Source: an uncultured Bacilli bacterium (GTDB taxonomy: Bacteria > Bacillota_I > Bacilli_A > RF39 > UBA660). From it: 61,228 bases of DNA. The DNA is taken from assembly GCA_934089255.1 (NCBI GenBank), contig CAKOJI010000003.1, positions 1 to 61,228 on the forward strand, in the 5' to 3' direction. The notes beneath the pieces are model-generated. The model was not told the origin of the DNA. It worked only from the letters and a program-made list of their open reading frames with translations, and searched no databases. The position numbers were made by a program, and so were the translations under genes. This document shows, in pieces, positions 36,310-46,554 of this stretch (positions are counted from its first letter, which is position 1; every line of letters begins with the position of its first letter).

Positions 36310-37056
36310 ATGAATACAAGACAAAAATTAACTTTAGGAATTGCTGCCATATTTATGGTAACTTTAACTATAGTAGGTGTTACTTATGCATATTTCGTAA
36401 CTAGAGTTTCAGGAGATACAACAGAGTCAGTTGATATTAAAACTGCTACTGTTGGTTCTGTTGAATATGTTCCAGGAAATGGTACTGATGATAATGTTAA
36501 ATTAGAAAATGTATTACCAGGAACTATTCTTTATAAAACATTTAGTGTAAAAAATACTGAAAAAGACGTGAATGCTAATTCAAATTACAATGTTTTCTTA
36601 ACATCAACACCAACAGCTAATAAAGCACAATTTGTACATGGAACTGTACCAACTGATTGTTATAAAACTACTGCTGGAAATTCACTAGGAAAATCTGTTA
36701 CTGGTGATGGTACTGCTGATGTTACTGCAACTGCTACTTGTTTCGATGCTACAGCTTATAATAATGTTTATGTTACATTATATAAAGTAACTGCTGCTGA
36801 TGCTGCAAAATTTGCTGATGATGGTAAAACATTACCTGCAGATGTAACACTAGGAACTCCAGTATTTGCTGAAGCTAATCTTGCTGCTGCTGCTGGTATA
36901 GTAGATACTGCTGCTACTCAAGATTTAGCTAGTGATGTTCAAATTGCTGGAAATGCTACTGACTATTATGTATTAAAAGTTGAATACAAATCAGTTGATG
37001 GAAACCAAAATATTGAAAATTTAGCTGCTTTAACAATCAAAGCTAGTATTAAATAA
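36310..37056 (+). CDS. TasA/camelysin-like secreted protein with a SipW-type signal peptide (small Ala/Thr-rich paralog 1)
   Basis: MNTRQKLTLGIAAIFMVTLTIVGVTYAYF signal. Codon choice is dominated by gct/act/gtt/ggt. It has a strong promoter, RBS and terminator. Confidence 0.8.
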   Translation: MNTRQKLTLGIAAIFMVTLTIVGVTYAYFVTRVSGDTTESVDIKTATVGSVEYVPGNGTDDNVKLENVLPGTILYKTFSVKNTEKDVNANSNYNVFLTSTPTANKAQFVHGTVPTDCYKTTAGNSLGKSVTGDGTADVTATATCFDATAYNNVYVTLYKVTAADAAKFADDGKTLPADVTLGTPVFAEANLAAAAGIVDTAATQDLASDVQIAGNATDYYVLKVEYKSVDGNQNIENLAALTIKASIK

Positions 37057-37086
37057 AAATCAAATGAAAATTTGATTTTTTTTTTG
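37057..37086 (+). terminator. Intrinsic terminator
   Basis: aaatcaaat/atttgattt stem with a gaaa loop and a T-run. Confidence 0.65.
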
Positions 37087-37150
37087 TTTTATTATTTACA
37101 AATAAAATATTAGATATTATAATAAAAATCAATTAGTTGGGAGGGAAAGT

Positions 37151-39421
37151 ATGAAAGAAAATTTACCAATACTACTGCTAAAGAAGTTAGTATTATTTCC
37201 TAACCAAGAAATTCGTTTAGAAATAAATAATGATGTATCTAAAAGTGGAATAGATGATGCTATAAAAAATTATAATTCTAATATATTAGTTATTAGTCCT
37301 ATAAATTTATTAGAAGAAAAACTTTGTACTAAAGATTTACCTAAAATAGGTGTTATAGGTAAAATCAAAACTAAAGTTAAGTTACCTAATAATAATTATA
37401 GAATTATAATAAAGGGACTTAATAGAGTACAAGTTTTAGAATATTTTCAAAATAATAATGGTACTTTAAAAAGTGAAGTAAAAAGATTGTATGTTAATAA
37501 TAAAGATGAAATATTAGAAACAGCATTAGTTAGAAAATTAAAAGAACTTATTAGTGAGTATATGTTAGTTAATAGTGAAGCTAGTAATTTAATTTCATCT
37601 ACTATAGAAACTGTAACTGATTTAGATTTACTAACTGATATAATAGTTACTTATTTACCAATGGATCAAAATAAGAAACTTTTATATATGAATGAGTTTG
37701 ATTATGTAAAAAGAGCAGAAAAGTTAATAAATGATATAAATATTGAATTAGAAGTATTAAATCTTGATACAAAAATAGATGATGAAATAAGAGAAAAGTT
37801 TGAAAAAGAACAAAGAGACTTTATATTAAAAGAAAAAATTAATAAGTTAAATAATGAATTAGGAATACTTACTGATAAACAATTAGAAGTTAATAATTAT
37901 AAAGAATTATTAAAAGAACTTAGTTTAACTGAAAAAACTAGAAAAAGATTTGAAAATGAAATTAAAAGGTATGAATATACTAATGATAATAATCCAGATG
38001 CAAGTGTTATTAGAAATTATTTGGAATGGGTTTTAAATTTACCTTGGGATAAATATTCTAAAGAAGAAACTAATTTAAAAAATATAAAGAAAAGTTTAGA
38101 TAAGACACATTATGGTTTAGAGAATATAAAAAGAAGAATATTAGAATTTGTTAGTATAAAAAAAATAAATAAAGATGTTTCTAGTCCTATATTATGTTTA
38201 GTAGGTCCTCCTGGTGTTGGTAAAACAACTTTGGGTATAAGTATTAGTGAGGCATTAAATCGTGAATTTTATAAGATTAGTGTTGGAGGGTTAAATGATT
38301 CTAGTGAGTTAGTAGGACATAGAAAAACGTTTTTAGGTGCTAATCCTGGTAAAATTATACAAGGAATAAATAAATGTGGTGCTTCTAATCCAGTTATTTT
38401 AATAGATGAAATTGATAAGATGAGTCATGATTTTAAAAGTGATCCTAGTAGTACGTTACTTGATATATTAGATGAATCTCAAAATAGTATGTTTATAGAT
38501 AATTATATAGAAGAACCATTTGATTTATCTAAAGTAATGTTTATATTAACTGCAAATGATATTAATGAAATACCGACTCCTTTAAAAGATAGATTAGAAA
38601 TAATAGAAATAAATTCATATACTGAGTATGAAAAACTTGATATTGCAAAGAAATATTTAATTCCAGATATTATATCTAAATATGGTATTGGTCATATTAC
38701 TTTTCTTGATGATGTGTTACTTTATATAATTGATAATTATACTAAAGAATCTGGTGTTAGAGAATTAGATAGAATATTAAAAAGATTAATTAGAAATTAT
38801 TGCTTAGATAATAAAAATACTAAAACTATAAAGTTAGATTATGTTAAAAAAATATTAGGAGAAACTAAGTATGTTAAAGAAGATTTAGTAAATCATAAGG
38901 GTGTTGTAAATAGTTTGGCGTGGACACCATATGGTGGTAATATTCAAAAAATAGAAACTATTATGTTTCCCGGTGATGGTAAAGTTATTACTACTGGTAA
39001 TGTACTTGATGTTTTAAAAGAAAGTATTACTGTTTCATTAAGTTTAATAAAATATAATAAATTTTATAAGGGTGATTTAAAAAAATATGATTTACATATA
39101 AATCTATTAAATGCTGGTATTAAGAAAGATGGTTCTAGTGGTGGTGTTGCAATAACAACTTCTATATTAAGTATATTAAAAAATAAAATTATAGATAGTA
39201 GTATTGCTATGACTGGTGAAGTTACTTTAAATGGTGATATATTAGCAGTTGGTGGTATAAAAGAAAAAATAATTGGTGCTTATAATAGTGATATTAAAAC
39301 TGTTTATATACCACTTAATAATAAAATAGATTTAGATTCTATACCTAGCAATATAAAGAGTGATCTTAATATAAAACTTGTTAGTAATTATAAAGAAGTT
39401 TACGATGATTTATTTAAATAA
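37151..39421 (+). CDS. lon: ATP-dependent protease LonA
   Basis: LON N-domain, GPPGVGKTT Walker A, DGSSGGVA catalytic Ser region and GGIKEK Lys region. Confidence 0.9.
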   Translation: MKENLPILLLKKLVLFPNQEIRLEINNDVSKSGIDDAIKNYNSNILVISPINLLEEKLCTKDLPKIGVIGKIKTKVKLPNNNYRIIIKGLNRVQVLEYFQNNNGTLKSEVKRLYVNNKDEILETALVRKLKELISEYMLVNSEASNLISSTIETVTDLDLLTDIIVTYLPMDQNKKLLYMNEFDYVKRAEKLINDINIELEVLNLDTKIDDEIREKFEKEQRDFILKEKINKLNNELGILTDKQLEVNNYKELLKELSLTEKTRKRFENEIKRYEYTNDNNPDASVIRNYLEWVLNLPWDKYSKEETNLKNIKKSLDKTHYGLENIKRRILEFVSIKKINKDVSSPILCLVGPPGVGKTTLGISISEALNREFYKISVGGLNDSSELVGHRKTFLGANPGKIIQGINKCGASNPVILIDEIDKMSHDFKSDPSSTLLDILDESQNSMFIDNYIEEPFDLSKVMFILTANDINEIPTPLKDRLEIIEINSYTEYEKLDIAKKYLIPDIISKYGIGHITFLDDVLLYIIDNYTKESGVRELDRILKRLIRNYCLDNKNTKTIKLDYVKKILGETKYVKEDLVNHKGVVNSLAWTPYGGNIQKIETIMFPGDGKVITTGNVLDVLKESITVSLSLIKYNKFYKGDLKKYDLHINLLNAGIKKDGSSGGVAITTSILSILKNKIIDSSIAMTGEVTLNGDILAVGGIKEKIIGAYNSDIKTVYIPLNNKIDLDSIPSNIKSDLNIKLVSNYKEVYDDLFK

Positions 39422-39509
39422 TGTAAAGTGTTGTTAAAATAAGTAAAATTTTATTTACAAAAAAAAATTAAACCTTTATACTTTAAGAAGAAAGTATGAG
39501 GGTTTTATA

Positions 39510-41024
39510 ATGGAAGAATTAAATGAGAAAAATACAAAATATTTTGTTGTTGCAATAATATTATTAATAGTACTAGGTATAATACTTATTATACATTTTA
39601 ATAATAAATCTCTTGTTTCTGGAGATAAAGATAAAGTAACTAGTACTACTAAAAAAACAACTGAAGTAAAAAAAGAAGAAACTACAACAACAACCACTAA
39701 AGTAGTTAGAGTAAGTAATACTAATAAAGACAATAATAAAGTAGTAAAAGAGACTAATGTTAGTAATGATAATTCAGTATATAAGAGTGTTATAGATGAA
39801 CATAGTAATATAATTTATAATTATAAATTGACTGATGAAATAACTAATGATGATAGAATAGTTAGTAAAAGTTTAGAACTTAATGATTATTTAAAAAATA
39901 ATAATGTTATAAGTTTATATGATATTTCTTTATATAATAATAATGTTAAGAAAGATGTAAAGAATTCTTTAATTGATATAAGTATTCCTATTACTAATAA
40001 TTTAATAGGGTATGATGAATATAAGATTATATATGTAAATGATGGTAGTATTAGTGATGAAGTATTTGATACTAAGGTAGAAAATGGATATATTAAGTTT
40101 ACTACAACACATTTATCTATGTATGGTGTTATTGGTATAAAAAATAATACTATAAATAATGATAAACAGGATGAAGTAAATGAACAAATAGATTTATCTA
40201 AAGTACAAGTAGAATTATATCAAAATAATAGTCTTATTAGTAATAGTGTGGATGTTTTAGCGAGTGTAAATGATGATATAAGTATTAAAGTTTTAAATGT
40301 TGATAGTAATACTAGTTATAAAGTATATTATGCTTTTAGAAATGATTATCAAGATTTAGAATATTTAGAGTTAAGTAATACAAAAATATTTAATAGTGTT
40401 AATACACCTAATAAGTTTAAATTATTAGTTAAGTTAGTTATAAATGATAGTGAAAAAGTATATGAGTTAAATACATTTAATATTTATGATAAAGTATTCT
40501 CATATGATAAGAATAAAGAAATTGATAGTGATATTACTGTTGGTGAAAAAGGGTTAGATAATAATTTTGAAGATATAAAAGAAAATGAAAATATAGCTAT
40601 TAAAGAAGAAACTAAAGATAATCAAAGTGAGATAGTTGATGAAGTAGAAAATAATTATAAAATAACTGTTAATGGAAATATTTATTTAGTTGATGAAACT
40701 GATATAAGTGATTTAGAAATGAATGGTTATCTTTATATAAATACAGATAAGGAAATTACTTTTAGTGATATAGATGGAAAGATAGATACTAAAGGTTTAT
40801 ATGAGATTAGAATTAATACTAAATATTTTAAAATAAATGGTGTTACGTATACTTATTTAGTTGAAGGAGATAGTATTTTAATAAAAGTAGTAGATGAAGA
40901 AACAAAAGAAGAAGTAATTAAAGATGATTTTAATGATGCTTTTATTAAAGATATTGAATTAAAGAAAAATGATAATGAAGGTATTATTATTGATTTAAAA
41001 GATAAAGAAACGGTTAAGGAATAG
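39510..41024 (+). CDS. N-terminally membrane-anchored extracellular protein with a Thr-rich linker
   Basis: One TM helix. It shares the module YKIIYVNDG...ENGYIKFTTTHLSMYGVIG with the C-terminal part of 6777..8234. Confidence 0.6.
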   Translation: MEELNEKNTKYFVVAIILLIVLGIILIIHFNNKSLVSGDKDKVTSTTKKTTEVKKEETTTTTTKVVRVSNTNKDNNKVVKETNVSNDNSVYKSVIDEHSNIIYNYKLTDEITNDDRIVSKSLELNDYLKNNNVISLYDISLYNNNVKKDVKNSLIDISIPITNNLIGYDEYKIIYVNDGSISDEVFDTKVENGYIKFTTTHLSMYGVIGIKNNTINNDKQDEVNEQIDLSKVQVELYQNNSLISNSVDVLASVNDDISIKVLNVDSNTSYKVYYAFRNDYQDLEYLELSNTKIFNSVNTPNKFKLLVKLVINDSEKVYELNTFNIYDKVFSYDKNKEIDSDITVGEKGLDNNFEDIKENENIAIKEETKDNQSEIVDEVENNYKITVNGNIYLVDETDISDLEMNGYLYINTDKEITFSDIDGKIDTKGLYEIRINTKYFKINGVTYTYLVEGDSILIKVVDEETKEEVIKDDFNDAFIKDIELKKNDNEGIIIDLKDKETVKE

Positions 41025-41100
41025 ATATTAATAAAAAATATCTATTTTTTTTAAAATAAAAAAGGAAATACAAAAAAATCGGTAATATTTATAGTAGGAG

Positions 41101-42159
41101 ATGGTTATTATAAAGAAGATTTATCCTACTTATTTAGAAATAGTTAATAGTAAAAATTTGTTATTTAATTTAAAGAATGATTGGACATTTAAAAATGTTT
41201 TTTTAAATAAAATATCTTTTAATTATGCATGTTATGTTTTTTCTGTTTTATTTAAATTTAATTATAATGATTTGTTAGAAAATTTACGTATTATTAGTGG
41301 AGAAATTCCTAGTGGTATAAGTGGAAATAATAATGCTTATACAGATATTATGTTTGAATATAAAAACATTAGAATAATATTAGAAATGAATTATAGCAAT
41401 AAAAAAGTACATATTAATAAGAATTATTATTATTTATTTTTAGAACATAGTAGTAGATTAAATAATAAAAATAATTATGATGAAAATTTAAAAACAATAT
41501 TAGTAAATATAGATTCTTATGATGTTTTAGGATTTGATGAAATGTTATATAATTCTAAATTGTTGTTTTCTTTATATAATAAGAATATATACAAAGGTAT
41601 AGAAATAATGCATATTAATCTTGATTATTTAAAAAATAAATATTATAATGAAGATGTACTAAATGAGTTTGAAAACTCAATGTTAATTTTTATAGAAAAT
41701 GATTATTATAAATTAAAAAAAATAATAAAAAGAAAGGATGTGCAAGATATTGTGGAATTTATGAATGGTTTAAAGTTTAATAAAAATGGAGTACCAACAT
41801 ATGATTATGATGAGTTTAAACGAATAGAAGAATTAGAAGGAATTAGAAATAAGGAACAGTTAGAAACAGAAAGAAAAATTTTAGAAAATGAAAAAAATGA
41901 ACTTGAAAATCAAAAGAGTGAAATAGAGACACAAAAAAGTGAAATAGAAACGCAGAAGAGTGAAATAGCAACACAGAAGAGTGAAATAGCAACACAGAAG
42001 AGTGAAATAGAAATACAGAAGAATGAGATTGAAACACAATTAAATGAAATTGAAAATAACAAGTTGGAACTTGCTAGAGAAATGAAAGAAGAAGGTTTTT
42101 CTGTAAATAAAATTCTTAAAATTACTAAGTTATCTAAAAATCAGATTATGATGTTATAA
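41101..42159 (+). CDS. PD-(D/E)XK nuclease-family transposase-like (Rpn/YhgA-like) protein with a C-terminal heptad-repeat coiled coil
   Basis: N-terminal LKNDWTFKNVF ... YTDIMFEY...IILEMN pattern. The start codon is uncertain because the SD abuts the ATG. Confidence 0.5.
   Translation: MVIIKKIYPTYLEIVNSKNLLFNLKNDWTFKNVFLNKISFNYACYVFSVLFKFNYNDLLENLRIISGEIPSGISGNNNAYTDIMFEYKNIRIILEMNYSNKKVHINKNYYYLFLEHSSRLNNKNNYDENLKTILVNIDSYDVLGFDEMLYNSKLLFSLYNKNIYKGIEIMHINLDYLKNKYYNEDVLNEFENSMLIFIENDYYKLKKIIKRKDVQDIVEFMNGLKFNKNGVPTYDYDEFKRIEELEGIRNKEQLETERKILENEKNELENQKSEIETQKSEIETQKSEIATQKSEIATQKSEIEIQKNEIETQLNEIENNKLELAREMKEEGFSVNKILKITKLSKNQIMML
41911..42057 (+). repeat. In-frame 21-bp tandem repeat, ~7 copies (QKSEIET heptads)
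   Basis: Units of the form caGaagagtgaaatagNaaca, read directly. Copies 3 and 4 are identical. Confidence 0.85.
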
Positions 42160-42162
42160 AAT

Positions 42163-42189
42163 AAAAAAAGCCGATTAAAATCGACTTTT
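42163..42189. terminator. Bidirectional terminator between convergent genes
   Basis: aaagccga/tcgacttt stem flanked by an A-run and a T-run. Confidence 0.5.
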
Positions 42190-42205
42190 CTAATAGATTT
42201 GTTTT

Positions 42206-42391
42206 TTAGTTTGCGTTGTTATTCCAAGTCCAACCTGCTCCGATTATAATTACTAATAAGATGAATAGAACGATCCATAATGCTGCACCCCATCCGTAAC
42301 CGTTTGTAGTTCCAGCATATGTTCCTCCTTGACAGCAAGGATTGTAGTTATAACCAGTGTTATAACCTCCATTATATCCGTAATAGTACAT
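42206..42391 (-). CDS. Tiny Gly/Tyr/Asn-rich membrane protein (YjcZ-like sporulation protein family)
   Basis: MYYYGYNGGYNTGYNYN... followed by a single LWIVLFILLVIIIGAGW helix. AGGAGG RBS. Confidence 0.55.
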   Translation of the reverse strand: MYYYGYNGGYNTGYNYNPCCQGGTYAGTTNGYGWGAALWIVLFILLVIIIGAGWTWNNNAN

Positions 42392-42525
42392 ATTATTACC
42401 TCCTAATCTATCTATTATAGTTTATTAACAAAGTAAAAAAAATGTTATTACAAATTAATTATTGTGTGTAAAATATATTGTAATACAAACGAATGTATGA
42501 TAAACTTTATATAGGATGTGATAAA

Positions 42526-43077
42526 ATGTACAGTTACATAATAGGAAAAATTACTGGATATGAAGGTAATAGTATAATTTTAGAAAATAATAATATTGGA
42601 TATTTGATTAATGTTTCTAATGCTTATAGTTTTAAATTAAATGAAGAATATAAAGTATTTTTATATAATCATATAAAAGAAGATGAAAATAGTTTATATG
42701 GATTTAAAAGTTTAGAAGAAAAAAGTTTGTTTTTGAAATTAATTAATGTAAAGGGAATAGGTCCTAAAATGGCTATGCCATTGTTTCAAGGTGATAATAT
42801 AAAAGGAATATATGATGCAATTAATACTGATAATATTACTTATTTAACTAGATTTCCAAAAATAGGAGAGAAAGTTGCTAAACAAATTATATTAGATTTA
42901 AAGGGAAAATTAACAGTAGAAAGAGATTTGTTTCAATATGATTCTAAAGAACTTATTGAGGTATTAGAAAGTTTGGGATATAAAAATAATGATATTAAAA
43001 AGATACTTTCTAAGATTGATACTACATTAAATATAGAAGAACAAGTTAAAGAAGCGTTAAAATTGTTAGGAAAGTGA
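42526..43077 (+). CDS. ruvA: Holliday junction DNA helicase RuvA
   Basis: [10 protein letters not shown]-terminus and the HhH motif VKGIGPKMA. It is adjacent to ruvB. The ORF track starts at 42493. Confidence 0.88.
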   Translation: MYSYIIGKITGYEGNSIILENNNIGYLINVSNAYSFKLNEEYKVFLYNHIKEDENSLYGFKSLEEKSLFLKLINVKGIGPKMAMPLFQGDNIKGIYDAINTDNITYLTRFPKIGEKVAKQIILDLKGKLTVERDLFQYDSKELIEVLESLGYKNNDIKKILSKIDTTLNIEEQVKEALKLLGK

Positions 43078-43081
43078 TAAT

Positions 43082-44092
43082 ATGGATGATAGAGTTATTT
43101 CAAAAGAGTTGATAAATGGTGATAATTTTGAGACTACTTTAAGACCACAATATATTAAAGACTATATTGGACAAAATGAAGTAAAGGAAAATATTAAAAT
43201 ATTTATAGAAGCGGCAAAGATGAGAAATGAATCTTTAGATCACGTTTTATTATATGGCCCTCCAGGACTTGGAAAAACTACTTTGGCACATATTATTGCA
43301 AATGAATTAGGTACTAATATAAAAACTACTACTGGGCCTAGTATAGAAAAAAGTGGGGATTTAGCAGCAATATTATCTGGATTAGAACCTGGAGATGTTT
43401 TATTTATAGATGAAATACATAGAATACCAAAATTTATAGAAGAAATACTTTATCCAGCAATGGAAGATTTTGAGTTAGATATAGTTGTAGGTACAGAAGG
43501 AAATACAAGAAATATTAAAATTGATTTACCACCATTTACTTTAGTAGGTGCTACTACTCGTGCAGGTGATTTATCTAGTCCATTAAGAGATAGATTTGGA
43601 ATAGTTTCAAAATTAAATTACTATACAGAAGAAGAATTAACATCAATTATAAAAAGAACAAGTAAAGTACTTGATATGGAAATAACTAGTGATGCAGCAC
43701 AAGAACTTGCAAAAAGAAGTAGAAGAACACCAAGAATTGCAAATAGATTATTTAAAAGAGTTAGAGATTTTGCTAGTGTTATTGGTAATGGAGTAGTAGA
43801 TGAAGATATTACTAAGGAAGCTTTAAAAAGATTAAAAGTAGATAAATATGGACTTGATCAAGTTGATTTAGAATACTTAACTAGTTTAATAAGAAAGTTT
43901 AATGGTGGACCAGTTGGTGTTGAAACTATTGCGGCAAGTATAGGAGAAGAAGTAACTACAATTGAAGATGTTGTAGAACCATATTTACTTCAAGAAGGTT
44001 TTATAAAAAGAACTCCTAGAGGTAGAATTGCTACCGATAAAGCTAAAGAACATTTAAAAGAAAATCACTTAATATTTGACAATAATCTATAA
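43082..44092 (+). CDS. ruvB: Holliday junction DNA helicase RuvB
   Basis: [23 protein letters not shown] and DEIHR. Confidence 0.95.
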   Translation: MDDRVISKELINGDNFETTLRPQYIKDYIGQNEVKENIKIFIEAAKMRNESLDHVLLYGPPGLGKTTLAHIIANELGTNIKTTTGPSIEKSGDLAAILSGLEPGDVLFIDEIHRIPKFIEEILYPAMEDFELDIVVGTEGNTRNIKIDLPPFTLVGATTRAGDLSSPLRDRFGIVSKLNYYTEEELTSIIKRTSKVLDMEITSDAAQELAKRSRRTPRIANRLFKRVRDFASVIGNGVVDEDITKEALKRLKVDKYGLDQVDLEYLTSLIRKFNGGPVGVETIAASIGEEVTTIEDVVEPYLLQEGFIKRTPRGRIATDKAKEHLKENHLIFDNNL

Positions 44093-44125
44093 ATTTATTA
44101 TACTCTAAGTATAGTAGGTGATGTT

Positions 44126-44320
44126 ATGAATAATAAAGGACAGGCTTTAGTAGAATATGTTTTGATTATAGCCTTAATTAGTGTTATTACAATAAGTTTA
44201 GTTAATTACTTTGGTGGATATTTAAAAGATTCTATTACTAAGTCTAGTTGTTCTTTAGTTGGACAAGTATATGAAAAAGGAGATAAACCTGGAGAAGGAA
44301 AATGCGTTGATTCTAATTAA
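44126..44320 (+). CDS. Flp-family (type IVb/Tad) pilin-like protein
   Basis: The KG/QALVEYVLIIALISV N-terminus fits the Flp G/xxxxEY processing motif. Length is 64 aa. Confidence 0.6.
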   Translation: MNNKGQALVEYVLIIALISVITISLVNYFGGYLKDSITKSSCSLVGQVYEKGDKPGEGKCVDSN

Positions 44321-44346
44321 TTCCAATAATATATTGGAATTTTTTT
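44320..44346 (+). terminator. Intrinsic terminator
   Basis: attccaata/tattggaat stem followed by T7. Confidence 0.65.
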
Positions 44347-44353
44347 GCATAAT

Positions 44354-44382
44354 TTGACAAAATGATGTAAAGGTGCTATAAT
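44354..44382 (+). promoter_or_regulatory. Perfect-consensus sigma-A promoter (TTGACA-17-TATAAT)
   Basis: Read directly from the sequence. Confidence 0.6.
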
Positions 44383-44413
44383 GTGTACACATATGAAATA
44401 AGGGGGTTATTTT

Positions 44414-44833
44414 ATGAGAGGGTTTATTTTAGATTATATTAATGAGAATGAGTTTAAAAAATTAGAAAGGGCATTGAAAAAATATAATATGCTTGCTTAT
44501 AAGAAATTAAACTTTGAATATTATCCAGAATTAAGAAAAGGTCATTTTATTGGTGAATTAATAAGTAAGAATCAAAAAGATAAAACAGAAACTTATGAGT
44601 TAAAATTGCCAAGTGATTCTATGTTTAAACAAGTTCATGGTGATGTTACATTAAAATATATAGTGTATAAGGATCAAAACATAGTTATGTTAGATACTTT
44701 AACACCAACTGACATATTATTAGAAGGCCATATGGCTGAGTTAACAACTTATAAAGGTGTTATGATTAGTAAGGCTAATGCTTCTAAAGATATGTTTAAA
44801 ATTGATTTATTAAATATGTTACAAAACAAATAG
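44414..44833 (+). CDS. Hypothetical cytoplasmic protein, 139 aa
   Basis: Good RBS (AAGGGGG) and no recognisable motif. Confidence 0.5.
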   Translation: MRGFILDYINENEFKKLERALKKYNMLAYKKLNFEYYPELRKGHFIGELISKNQKDKTETYELKLPSDSMFKQVHGDVTLKYIVYKDQNIVMLDTLTPTDILLEGHMAELTTYKGVMISKANASKDMFKIDLLNMLQNK

Positions 44834-44888
44834 ATTTAACCATCTATTTTTTTGTTACAAAAAAATGCAAAAAAATACAAAATTTAAA

Positions 44889-44917
44889 TTGACAATCAAA
44901 TAAGTATCTGATATGAT
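44889..44917 (+). promoter_or_regulatory. Near-consensus sigma-A promoter (TTGACA-17-TATGAT)
   Basis: Read directly from the sequence. Confidence 0.6.
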
Positions 44918-44942
44918 TTTATTGTAGGAAGGATGAAAAAAA

Positions 44943-45722
44943 ATGAAAGAAAATAATGGAAAGATTGCAATCGCAGTTGTAGCTATGTTTGTAGTTGCAT
45001 TATCAATAGTAGGATTTACTTATGCATACTTCACTGCTCAAGTTAAAGGTAATACCGCAGATAAGAGTGTTGAAGTTACTGCTGGTAAGTTATCTATTGT
45101 TTATGCTAATGGTAATGAAATTTTAGCTCAAAATATTGTTCCAGGATGGATTAGTGATGGTGATCATTATTATGATACTATGTGTTCATCTAGTGTTGAT
45201 ACAGATGAAAAAGGTAACCATAAAATTACTGCAGTTAAAAAATCAGATTTAAAAGATGGAAAATGTTCTGCTACTGATACTAGAACTGCTGCTAATGTTG
45301 ATCCAAAAGCTGCTGATGGTATAACTACTCCAGTAACATTTACAGTAAAAAATGCTACTGACAATACTGGCGATAATAAGTATGTTATTAGATTAACAAA
45401 CATTACAAATGGTCTAGCTACTGTAGATCAAACAAACTTTGTTTTAACTTTAAAACAAGGTGCAACTGTTGTTTGGAGTGGACAATTAGCCGCTAGTGGA
45501 ACTCAAGTTATTGTACCAAATGCTATGGAAATTACAGCTGGTGCTGCTGATCAAGAATATTCTATTAACCTTGCTTATAAGAACGTAGATAGTGCTCAAG
45601 AAAGTAAAGGTGTAGGTGTTAAAGCAACTGTTGAAATCGTTGGTGTAACTGATGCTAATGTTACTGAAGATGGTGTAACAATTTCTTATCCAACTGCAAA
45701 TACTACTGATTTAACAGCTTAG
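44943..45722 (+). CDS. TasA/camelysin-like secreted protein with a SipW-type signal peptide (small Ala/Thr-rich paralog 2)
   Basis: MKENNGKIAIAVVAMFVVALSIVGFTYAYF signal, with the same leader and domain layout as 36310..37056. Confidence 0.8.
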   Translation: MKENNGKIAIAVVAMFVVALSIVGFTYAYFTAQVKGNTADKSVEVTAGKLSIVYANGNEILAQNIVPGWISDGDHYYDTMCSSSVDTDEKGNHKITAVKKSDLKDGKCSATDTRTAANVDPKAADGITTPVTFTVKNATDNTGDNKYVIRLTNITNGLATVDQTNFVLTLKQGATVVWSGQLAASGTQVIVPNAMEITAGAADQEYSINLAYKNVDSAQESKGVGVKATVEIVGVTDANVTEDGVTISYPTANTTDLTA

Positions 45723-45846
45723 TAATAAAATATAAAAAAGGAACTTTAAATAGTTCTTTTTTTTGTCAATTTTTGACAAAATTTTTAAATTTATTTTATT
45801 TAAAAAAAAAATGTGTTATACTTTATATAGTAAGGTGGAGTAGATA

Positions 45847-46554
45847 ATGGAATTTATAGAAATAAAAAATTGTTATAAAATATATAAAAATGGTGTTACT
45901 GCTCTTGCTGATGGAAATTTATCGATAAGTAAAGGCGAATTTGTTTTTTTAATTGGTCCTACAGCAAGTGGTAAATCATCTCTTTTGAAATTATTATATA
46001 GAGAAGAAAAACCTAATAAAGGTGAAGTATACGTTGGAGGAGTAAATGTTTGTAAACTTCGTAATAGTAAAGTTTATAAGTTAAGAAGAAAAATTGGAAT
46101 TGTTTTTCAAGATTTTAAACTTTTACCAAAACTTACTGTTTATGAAAATGTTGCGTATCCATTGGAAAGTTATGGGGAAGCAGGCAGTGAAATTAAGAAA
46201 AAAGTTTTAAATGCACTTGATAGAGTAGGTTTAAAAGATAAATATAGAAGTTATCCTCATGAATTATCTGGTGGAGAACAACAACGTGTTTGTATAGCAC
46301 GTGCTATTGTAAATGAACCAAAACTTATAATATGTGATGAACCTACAGGAAATTTAGATCCTGATACTTCTAAAGAAATAATGGAAGTTATAACAAATAT
46401 AAATAAAGAACTTGATGCAACAATAGTTATGGCAACACACGATAAAGATATTGTTAATAGATTAAAAAAACGTGTAATAACTATTAAAAATGGTGTAATA
46501 GTTAGTGACAAAAAGAAAGGAAGATACGAAGATGAAGCTGATAAGAATATTTAA
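45847..46554 (+). CDS. ftsE: Cell division ATP-binding protein FtsE
   Basis: GPTASGKSS Walker A, LSGGEQQR and ICDEPTGNLD. It is followed by ftsX. Confidence 0.9.
   Translation: MEFIEIKNCYKIYKNGVTALADGNLSISKGEFVFLIGPTASGKSSLLKLLYREEKPNKGEVYVGGVNVCKLRNSKVYKLRRKIGIVFQDFKLLPKLTVYENVAYPLESYGEAGSEIKKKVLNALDRVGLKDKYRSYPHELSGGEQQRVCIARAIVNEPKLIICDEPTGNLDPDTSKEIMEVITNINKELDATIVMATHDKDIVNRLKKRVITIKNGVIVSDKKKGRYEDEADKNI

Noticed and set aside
41911-42057. Regular 21-bp repeats considered as a possible CRISPR-like array
   Set aside because: The units are contiguous with no spacers, are in frame within a CDS, and encode heptad coiled-coil repeats.
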